From Ichthyobacteriaceae bacterium (GTDB taxonomy: Bacteria; Bacteroidota; Bacteroidia; Flavobacteriales; JADGDT01), in contig JAGLDK010000008.1 of NCBI GenBank assembly GCA_023145615.1, positions 9,837 through 73,836 of the forward strand: a stretch of 64,000 nucleotides of DNA. The letters are read 5' to 3'. The notes below the pieces were generated by a model. The model did not search any database. It saw nothing but the letters and a program-made list of their open reading frames with translations, and was not told where the DNA came from. This document shows, piece by piece, positions 38,458 through 46,293 of the stretch (positions are counted from its first letter, which is position 1; every line of letters starts with the position of its first letter). A program made the translations under genes and the position numbers.

Positions 38458-39565
38458 TGGTAATTAATTTAACTATGTAACTAATTTCTTCTTCTGATAG
38501 GTTTGGATATATTGGCAAACAAATTACCTTATCAGCTATTTTAACTGCATTTTGTAAATTATTTCTATTAGCCGATGGCAATCCTTTATAAGTTGGAAAA
38601 TCGCTTATAAGCGGATAAAAATATCTTCTTCCATACACATTATGATCCTTTAATTTTTCATAAAGCTCATCTCTACTAAGTGTGTAATCGCTATTAACAT
38701 AAATCGGGAAATATGCATAATTATGCTTAACTCCTTCAATATCTTTTAAACAACTAATACCTTCAACACCCTTAAATTTTTCTTTGTATTTATATGCAAT
38801 ATCCTTACGTTGTTGAATTTGCTTATCAATTGTGTTAAGCTGTAATAATCCGTATGCCGATTGTAGTTCATTCATTTTAGCATTTATACCTGGTGCTACC
38901 ACAGTGGTTTCATCTGCAAATCCAAAATTCTTTAAAAAGTCAATTCGTTTTTTTGTTCCCTCATCATGACATATAATTGCCCCACCTTCTATTGTATTAA
39001 ATGTTTTGGTGGCATGGAAACTTAATATTGATAAATCTCCATAATTTAGCACACTCTGTCCGTTAATTTCAACTCCAAAAGCATGTGCCGCATCATAAAT
39101 AATTTTTAAGCCATAGGTGTCGGCAATACGTTCTAGTTTTTCAACCTCAACCGGATTTCCATAAACATGTACCGGAACAATTGCAGTAGTTTTTGGAGTA
39201 ATTAAACTCTCTATTTTATCTATATCTAAATTTCCGTAAACGGGATCTATATCGCAAAACACCGGAGTTATTCCATTCCAATGCAAAGCATGAGTTGTTG
39301 CAACAAAAGTATATGGAGTTGTAATTACCTCTCCCGAAATTCTAAGTGTTTGCAAAGCAGTAATTAAAGCAAGAGTTCCGTTAGAAAATAACGACACATA
39401 TTTTACCCCAAGATGTTTTGCTAATTTATCCTCAAATTCTTGATGATATTTACCATTATTAGTCAACCATTTATTTTCCCAAATATCCTCTAGTTTCTCT
39501 ACAAATTCTCCTAAATCTGGCATTGTTGGTTGAGTTACCAGTATCGGTTTTTCTCTTTTCTCCAT
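38450..39565 (-). CDS. DegT/DnrJ/EryC1/StrS family NDP-sugar aminotransferase
   Basis: 371 aa with typical family features (..SNGTLALITALQ.., ..SFHATKTFNTIEGG..). Confidence 0.9.
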   Translation of the reverse strand: MEKREKPILVTQPTMPDLGEFVEKLEDIWENKWLTNNGKYHQEFEDKLAKHLGVKYVSLFSNGTLALITALQTLRISGEVITTPYTFVATTHALHWNGITPVFCDIDPVYGNLDIDKIESLITPKTTAIVPVHVYGNPVEVEKLERIADTYGLKIIYDAAHAFGVEINGQSVLNYGDLSILSFHATKTFNTIEGGAIICHDEGTKKRIDFLKNFGFADETTVVAPGINAKMNELQSAYGLLQLNTIDKQIQQRKDIAYKYKEKFKGVEGISCLKDIEGVKHNYAYFPIYVNSDYTLSRDELYEKLKDHNVYGRRYFYPLISDFPTYKGLPSANRNNLQNAVKIADKVICLPIYPNLSEEEISYIVKLITNE

Positions 39566-39603
39566 TTGTATATAGTTGTTTCTTATTAGTTGAATCTAAA
39601 TTC

Positions 39604-40986
39604 TTATTTTACTTTCTTAAATACATTATACTTATTATTGATACATTCAATAAAATCATAATTATCTTTAAGTTTTTTAGTTACTAAAGAATCTTCTACA
39701 GCATAAAAAATTAAATAACTATCTTTTTCTATTTGATCTAATACCGTATTGTAAGCTCTTGTTCGGGGAAAAGTGTAACCTAATTTTTTATAATTTGCCG
39801 ATCTATAATTGCCATAATAATATTGGGCAGGACTAATTTTTAAATAAACTTTACTGTTTTTTGGCACAACATCTACTAATACCTTACTTACTGCAATATC
39901 TCTATTATACTTATGTATTGTGTTGTTATATTTACTATACCAACCGTAAGCTCCAAAAACAATAACCGTATAAATTGTTAAGTATTTTAAAACCTTATTT
40001 ATACTGAATTTATATACTATAATACTGTAATTTAATTTATTTAATGCAATGGCTAGTATAAATATCGACCATGGTATTATTGCATAGAAGTAATACAAAA
40101 TAACTGAAAAATAAATACTTAGCATGGTACTTAAAAAAGCCAAAATAAAAAATACTATGTATTTATCAATCTTAATAAATTTTAGTAAATAGAAGCTAAA
40201 AGGAACAAAAATAAATACCGTTGGAATTAGCACAAAACTTGCTAAGTACATAAGAACACTTTGTCCTCCTGTAATTTTTATAGCACCTTCTACTCCCATA
40301 ATTCCAACCAAACGCTTAAGATAATCCCAAAAATCTATTTGATTAAAATGTATTACATACATTAATATTAATACAGTAAAGAAACCTGATTTAAACAGTG
40401 AAAAATTTTTAATAATTCTTTTGTCATCATCCATTACAACCCAATAAAAAATTGGAATTGCAAAAGCTAATGCATACTGCTTTGTATAAAAAGACAGGAA
40501 TAGAAACACGCCCGATAAAAAATATTTTTTCTTGAATAAAAACAATGTTGTTAATAGCATAAACAACAACATTAAAGGTTCTAAATAAATACTTATACCA
40601 CCTAAAAACAATGAGTAAAGCATGAAAAGTATAATCGTAAATGTTTTTATTTGTTGTTTTATTTTCAATAACGTAAGTACCTTATAAAACACAGCAACAC
40701 TTATAAGCTGTATTGCAAATACTACTAAAAAAAAATATTGAGTTTCAATTTCGGATGTTAATAAATAAGGTATTCCATAAAAATAAATTGCCAACGGATT
40801 ATATTCTACCGCCATTTTGTAATAAGGAATTCCATCTGCAAAAACATCTCTTGCAATAGAAATGTAATACGATCCATCTACCCCAACATTTGGATAGTTT
40901 AAAGAAAGCAACACCATTAAAATTACAAATATCAACCACACTAATTGTGACACTTTATTTGTTTTACTATCAAAAAAAGTTTTCAT
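39604..40986 (-). CDS. GT-C-like polytopic membrane glycosyltransferase candidate (ArnT/PMT_2-like)
   Basis: 460 aa with many hydrophobic segments, a first-loop motif VDGSYYISIARDV reminiscent of the DExxY loop of GT-C enzymes, and a ~100-aa soluble C-terminus. It lies directly downstream of an ArnC/GtrB-type GT2. Confidence 0.5.
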   Translation of the reverse strand: MKTFFDSKTNKVSQLVWLIFVILMVLLSLNYPNVGVDGSYYISIARDVFADGIPYYKMAVEYNPLAIYFYGIPYLLTSEIETQYFFLVVFAIQLISVAVFYKVLTLLKIKQQIKTFTIILFMLYSLFLGGISIYLEPLMLLFMLLTTLFLFKKKYFLSGVFLFLSFYTKQYALAFAIPIFYWVVMDDDKRIIKNFSLFKSGFFTVLILMYVIHFNQIDFWDYLKRLVGIMGVEGAIKITGGQSVLMYLASFVLIPTVFIFVPFSFYLLKFIKIDKYIVFFILAFLSTMLSIYFSVILYYFYAIIPWSIFILAIALNKLNYSIIVYKFSINKVLKYLTIYTVIVFGAYGWYSKYNNTIHKYNRDIAVSKVLVDVVPKNSKVYLKISPAQYYYGNYRSANYKKLGYTFPRTRAYNTVLDQIEKDSYLIFYAVEDSLVTKKLKDNYDFIECINNKYNVFKKVK

Positions 40987-40999
40987 GTTGGTTAGTAGT

Positions 41000-41941
41000 T
41001 TATTTTTTATTTTTAATGATAAAACCAGGACGATCTTTTACTTCATCATAAATACGCCAAATATATTCGGCTACAATTCCTAATGAAAAAAGTATTAATC
41101 CGCTGAAAAAAGAGAAGATAACAGCTATTGAAGTCCATTCTGGTAAATTTTCATCCCAATATTCTGTATTTCCGAATAATTTCATATAAATATATATTGC
41201 AATTATTACTATTGATGTTGCAATAAAGAAAAAACCTATATTGGTTATCATTTTTATTGGCCAAGTTGAACTAGAAAAAAAAGCATCTCTAAACAACTTT
41301 ATTTTTTTACTAAAAGACCACCTCGATTTTTCATTTATACCCTGCATACGTTGGTACGACAATAAATAAGGAGAGAATCCTAAGCGTAAAACTTCAATTA
41401 TACTAACTGTATTTATATGATGAATTTTGTTGTTTAATATATCAACAACCTCTCTATCTAAAAAAAAAGTATCTGCACCTCCATTCGGAAATTTTATGTC
41501 TGATGTATAGTTCATAACCTTATAAAAAAGATTAGAAAACACATCACTAAAAAAACCATCATCGCGAGATTCTCTATGAGGAATAATTATTTTCTCGCCT
41601 TGTTGCCAAACCTTATACATATCAACTATTGTTTGATATGGCATTTGTTCATCATCATGAATTGGCAAAGCACAATTACCATTACTAACCTGTAATCCTG
41701 CAAATGTGGCATAATGAGCTGTGTAATTTTTACTTAATTGGTAAGCGTGTACATTACTATTTTCATGCTCAAGTTTTTTTGCAACCTCATAAGAATCATC
41801 TTTTGATCCATCATCAATAATGATAAATTCAAAAGGAATATTATTCTTATTAAGTAGCTTAGTTATATCGTTATAATTTTTAACAATTCGTTGGCTACTA
41901 TAATATGACAATAGTATTATGCTTAATAAATTGTTATTCAT
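41000..41941 (-). CDS. Polyprenyl-phosphate glycosyltransferase (GT2; ArnC/GtrB/DPM1-type)
   Basis: 313 aa with a GT-A domain (IILLSYYSS.., IIIDDGSKDDS), two C-terminal TM helices and the signature tail LGIVAEYIWRIYDEVKDRPGFII. Confidence 0.8.
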   Translation of the reverse strand: MNNNLLSIILLSYYSSQRIVKNYNDITKLLNKNNIPFEFIIIDDGSKDDSYEVAKKLEHENSNVHAYQLSKNYTAHYATFAGLQVSNGNCALPIHDDEQMPYQTIVDMYKVWQQGEKIIIPHRESRDDGFFSDVFSNLFYKVMNYTSDIKFPNGGADTFFLDREVVDILNNKIHHINTVSIIEVLRLGFSPYLLSYQRMQGINEKSRWSFSKKIKLFRDAFFSSSTWPIKMITNIGFFFIATSIVIIAIYIYMKLFGNTEYWDENLPEWTSIAVIFSFFSGLILFSLGIVAEYIWRIYDEVKDRPGFIIKNKK

Positions 41942-42006
41942 AGCTCATTAAATTTGGTTATAAGAAAAATACTGAGATTTATAAAATCGTTATTATCAAA
42001 GAACCT

Positions 42007-43173
42007 TTAATTTCTATAAAACTCAATCACGGCATTTATTACTCTATCAATTTCTGCACTTTTTAAATCGTAATACATTGGCAATCTTAATAATCTACTT
42101 GTATAAAGTTCCGATTGTGGTAAATCAACCTTGCTATTACTTTTTAAGTAAAACGGACTTTCATGAAGACATAAATAATGAAATACACTGTGTATATTTT
42201 TCTGTTTTAAAAAATTAATCAACTCAGTTCTTTCATCAACCGACTTGGTAATTAAGTAAAACATATGTCCGTTGCTTGTGGCATAATCTGGAATAAATGG
42301 CAGTTTAATTTTGTTTTCAATTAACTTAAGTCCATTATAATATTTATTCCAATTCCAAATACGTTTGGCTTGTATTTTGTCAATGTTTTCGAGTTGTGCA
42401 TACAAAAAACCTGCCACTGTTTCCGAAGGTAAAAATGATGATCCTGTATCAACCCAAGTATATTTATCAATTTCTCCTCTAAAAAAAGAAGCTCTATTTG
42501 TTCCTTTTTCCCAAATAATTTCGGCACGTTCAATTAGTTCGTCATCATTTACAACAAGTAAACCTCCTTCTCCCGAAATAACATTTTTTGTTTCATGAAA
42601 AGAGAAAGTTCCTAAATGCCCAATGCCTCCAAGTGGTTGTCCTTTATAAAAGCTTTCAACTGCCTGAGCAGAATCTTCAACAACCTTAATATTATATTTT
42701 TTAGATAAAGCCATAACCTTATCCATATCAACTGCAACTCCTGCGTAATGAACCACAACAATAGCTTTAGTTTTACTAGTTATTAATTCTTCTATTTTAT
42801 TAACATCAATATTTGGTGTTTCCACCTCCGAATCGGCAAATACAATTTTAGCACCTTGTCTGAAAAAAGCTAATGCCGTTGACACAAAAGTGTAAGAAGG
42901 AATTATAACCTCATCTTCAGGTTTAATGTCTAACAACATTGCACACATTTCTAAAGCAGTGGTGCACGATGTGGTTAATAATGTTTTTTTGAAACCATAT
43001 CTTTCTTCGAAAAAATGCTGGCATTGTTTTGTATAAATTCCATTACCCGATAATTGTCCGGAACTAACTGCTTTTTGAATATAATTAGTTTCGTTTCCGG
43101 TTAAATACGGTTTATTAAATGGTATTTCTTTAAATGTTTCTTTATTCTTTAAAGTGTCCGATTTAGTATTCAT
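42007..43173 (-). CDS. WecE/ArnB-like NDP-4-keto-sugar aminotransferase (DegT family)
   Basis: The ORF track gives 42007..43311. The family-typical N-terminus (..IPFNKPYLTGNETNYIQKAV..SGNGIYTKQC..) begins right after the internal ATG at 43173, so I take that as the start. The upstream 46 codons look non-coding. Confidence 0.85.
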   Translation of the reverse strand: MNTKSDTLKNKETFKEIPFNKPYLTGNETNYIQKAVSSGQLSGNGIYTKQCQHFFEERYGFKKTLLTTSCTTALEMCAMLLDIKPEDEVIIPSYTFVSTALAFFRQGAKIVFADSEVETPNIDVNKIEELITSKTKAIVVVHYAGVAVDMDKVMALSKKYNIKVVEDSAQAVESFYKGQPLGGIGHLGTFSFHETKNVISGEGGLLVVNDDELIERAEIIWEKGTNRASFFRGEIDKYTWVDTGSSFLPSETVAGFLYAQLENIDKIQAKRIWNWNKYYNGLKLIENKIKLPFIPDYATSNGHMFYLITKSVDERTELINFLKQKNIHSVFHYLCLHESPFYLKSNSKVDLPQSELYTSRLLRLPMYYDLKSAEIDRVINAVIEFYRN

Positions 43174-43366
43174 GATTACTCTATCGTAGGTAATATTTTT
43201 ATATTTTAAACTCGAATTATTATTTTTACAATTCGATAAAATTGATTTATTAACAACTACTTTCATAAACAAGTGTTTTATACTATATCGAAATATATTG
43301 AACCAATACACTCAATAAAGAAATGATAATTTAGTTTGGCTATAGATATTTAAGATATTTAAAACC

Positions 43367-44527
43367 TTAAATATCAACCCCTAATACATTGGATGGATTT
43401 ATTATTTGTTTTTTTAGTGGATGAGAATAGACTACTACTCCAACACGTTTTCCTGATTCATCTAACGATTCGTAATCGCCAACAGAAAGCAACATCATAG
43501 ACTTTACAATACAATTATTACTGTACAAGCTATCTTTATAAATCTTATCTTTTTCTGGTTTTGAATAAACAAAATAAACTCCCGAATATTCGTTTTTACT
43601 TGGTGGGTAATTAATCGGTGTAAATTTATTGAATGCAACATCAATAACACCTTTTACAAAATCGTATCCTGTAGAAAGCTGAACTAAATCAGACCCTATA
43701 AAATCTCCTCCCATACGGGCTCCTATTTCTACAATATATATTTTATTATCGGCTGTAATTAATATTTCAGAATGTCCTGCTCCATTAACTACGCCTAATG
43801 CACTAAGTGCTTTTTTTATTGTTGAAAAAATATTTTCTTTTAAAACATCAGTAATATTTGCAGGCTGATGATGCTCAATTTCAACAAAATACGGAGTACC
43901 AGTTGTAACCTTATCAGTTACTGCCAACATATAATGTTTTCCTTTAAACGATATTGTTTCTACCGAAAACTCTCGGCCTTTTATAAATTCCTCAACTATA
44001 ACAGTTTCAGAAAATTGAAGAGATTTTTCAATAGCCTTATTTATATCCGAATTTTTATTAACATAAGTAACTCCTCTCGATCCCGAACTATCAGTAGGTT
44101 TAACAACAATAGGCAACTTTAACTTATTATTATAAATATTAAAATCAGGAGTATTACAGGCTGTAAAAAGTGGACACAATAACCCCGATTTGCTTAAAGC
44201 CTTACGCATTTGATATTTATTTGTTGTTAGCAACGATAATTCTACAGGATTACCAACAAGCCCCAATTTATCTGCAACATAATTTACAGTAGGCATTGCC
44301 ATATCAGATGCAATTGAAGTAATTGCATTAATACCAACTTTGGTACAAATTTTTAATATTTCGTTTTTATCAAGTATCGATATAGAATAATAAAAATCAG
44401 CAATATCTTCTACTACGTTTCCTTCTTTCCAAGCAAACACATGAGTTTCGTAACCCAACTCTTTAGCTTTATCAACCAAAGGTTTTTGTAAATAACTTGC
44501 TCCTAAAATTGCTAATTTTTGTTTCAT
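43367..44527 (-). CDS. ATP-grasp domain protein (carboxylate-amine ligase type)
   Basis: 386 aa. It has a pre-ATP-grasp N-terminus KLAILGASYLQKPLV and an ATP-grasp core (..LPIVVKPTDSSGSRGV.., ..EFSVETIS.., ..VEIGARMGGDFI). Confidence 0.75.
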   Translation of the reverse strand: MKQKLAILGASYLQKPLVDKAKELGYETHVFAWKEGNVVEDIADFYYSISILDKNEILKICTKVGINAITSIASDMAMPTVNYVADKLGLVGNPVELSLLTTNKYQMRKALSKSGLLCPLFTACNTPDFNIYNNKLKLPIVVKPTDSSGSRGVTYVNKNSDINKAIEKSLQFSETVIVEEFIKGREFSVETISFKGKHYMLAVTDKVTTGTPYFVEIEHHQPANITDVLKENIFSTIKKALSALGVVNGAGHSEILITADNKIYIVEIGARMGGDFIGSDLVQLSTGYDFVKGVIDVAFNKFTPINYPPSKNEYSGVYFVYSKPEKDKIYKDSLYSNNCIVKSMMLLSVGDYESLDESGKRVGVVVYSHPLKKQIINPSNVLGVDI

Positions 44528-44726
44528 AAAAATCTATATAATAAGTAATAAAACATATTTATTTAGAATTGATTATGTTTGATAGTTCACTTTTAATTTT
44601 GTCATAATATTTAAATTCATAAAAATGATACATTAACAAAATGATAGATCACGCAAAGTTTTAATATAACTATCAATAAATAATACTGAATAAAGCTTTG
44701 CGTGATATATAACTTGAATCTAAGTT

Positions 44727-46073
44727 TTATAATCTTCCGTCAACTAATTTTCTATCAACAAACGATTTTGTATCGAAAATAACAGTATCACTATCTTTCC
44801 ATTTCTTAAAATTAAGTGTTTTAAATTCGTTATGGGCAACTGCTACAATAACCGAAGAATAAACCTCTCCGTTAAGATGATCTAATACATCAATACCGTA
44901 TTCGTGCTTTACTTCCATAGCATTAACCCACGGATCGAAAATATCAACATCCATACCAAATTGTTTTAATTCTTGATAAATATCAACAACTCTAGTATTT
45001 CTTATATCCGGACAATTCTCTTTAAAAGTAACACCTAAAATCAACGATTTTGCACCTTTAATTTGAACTCCTTTATCTATTAATAATTTTACAACCTTAT
45101 TAGCAACGTGCATTCCCATTGAATCATTTACTCGTCGCCCTGATAAAATTACATTTGGATGATATCCTAACGATTTTGCTTTGTGAGCTAAGTAATACGG
45201 ATCAACTCCTATACAATGTCCGCCAACTAAACCTGGCTTAAACGGCAAGAAATTCCACTTTGTACCTGCTGCTGCTAACACATCGTTTGTATCAATATTC
45301 ATTCTTTCAAAAATCAATGATAATTCATTTACAAATGAAATATTAACATCACGCTGAGCATTTTCAATTGCTTTTGATGCCTCAGCAACCTTCATGCTAG
45401 GTGCCTTATGTGTACCTGCTAAAATTATTTTATTATATAAATCATCAACTAAATCTGCAATTTCAGGAGTAGATCCAGAAGTAACCTTTTTAATAGTTGT
45501 AAGCGTATTAACTTTATCTCCCGGATTTATTCGTTCTGGAGAATATCCACAATAAAAGTTATTATTAAACTTCAATCCTGATTTTTTCTCTAAAACCGGC
45601 ACACAATCCTCTTCGGTACATCCAGGATATACAGTAGATTCATAAATAACAATATCTCCTTCAGATAATACACTTCCTACCGTAGCCGATGCGCTTAACA
45701 GTGGTTTTAAATCGGGCGCATTAAAATCATCAATCGGTGTTGGAACAGTTATTATGTACACATTGGCATCCTTAATGTCTTTTAATTTGCTAGACAATAA
45801 CAATCCATCATCCTCAAAGCCATCAATCTGAGCTTCTTCTTTAATTTCATTATCTTTTCCAACAGTTTGAAAAACAAGAGATTCTTTTAATACTGCGTGC
45901 AAATATTCATCTGCAACTTCTAAAGTATCATCATGTCCTTCATTAAGCCTTTTTACTCTTAATTCATTAATATCGAATCCAACTACTGGATACATCTTTG
46001 CAAATTCAACAGCCAAAGGCAATCCAACATATCCTAATCCGATTACTGCAATTTTAAGCTCGTTAACATTCAT
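44727..46073 (-). CDS. NDP-sugar 6-dehydrogenase (TviB/WbpO/WbpA-like UDP-N-acetylhexosamine dehydrogenase)
   Basis: 448 aa with N-terminus KIAVIGLGYVGLPLAVEFAK and the catalytic-Cys context GLVGGHCIGVDPYY. It is the first gene of the minus-strand locus. Confidence 0.9.
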   Translation of the reverse strand: MNVNELKIAVIGLGYVGLPLAVEFAKMYPVVGFDINELRVKRLNEGHDDTLEVADEYLHAVLKESLVFQTVGKDNEIKEEAQIDGFEDDGLLLSSKLKDIKDANVYIITVPTPIDDFNAPDLKPLLSASATVGSVLSEGDIVIYESTVYPGCTEEDCVPVLEKKSGLKFNNNFYCGYSPERINPGDKVNTLTTIKKVTSGSTPEIADLVDDLYNKIILAGTHKAPSMKVAEASKAIENAQRDVNISFVNELSLIFERMNIDTNDVLAAAGTKWNFLPFKPGLVGGHCIGVDPYYLAHKAKSLGYHPNVILSGRRVNDSMGMHVANKVVKLLIDKGVQIKGAKSLILGVTFKENCPDIRNTRVVDIYQELKQFGMDVDIFDPWVNAMEVKHEYGIDVLDHLNGEVYSSVIVAVAHNEFKTLNFKKWKDSDTVIFDTKSFVDRKLVDGRL

Positions 46074-46245
46074 AATTGTAAATAATTAATTTGGTGGTCT
46101 ATTAATTTCTATCATACTAACTATAACTTTATAATTAGGGTATCAATGAAAGTAATTGATGTATTAATTTTATATTTAATACAGAACATAAATCATCTCA
46201 AATCATATAATAATAGTTCTCTAACAAATACCGTGATTTGATAAA

Positions 46246-46293
46246 TAGTTATTATCGTTATAACCTATATAGCGTTTGTAACGATAATAACTA
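46246..46293 (-). promoter_or_regulatory. 15-bp perfect inverted repeat in the leader/upstream region of the polysaccharide locus
   Basis: TAGTTATTATCGTTA (46246-46260) and TAACGATAATAACTA (46279-46293) are exact reverse complements with an 18-nt spacer, 173-220 nt upstream of the first gene start (46073). Confidence 0.4.

Noticed and set aside
43174-43311. 46-codon N-terminal extension of the WecE-like aminotransferase (track start 43311).
   Set aside because: The extension (MYWFNIFRYSIKHLFMKVVVNKSILSNCKNNN...) has no counterpart in the family, whose conserved N-terminus begins just after the internal ATG at 43173. The start site remains unverified.
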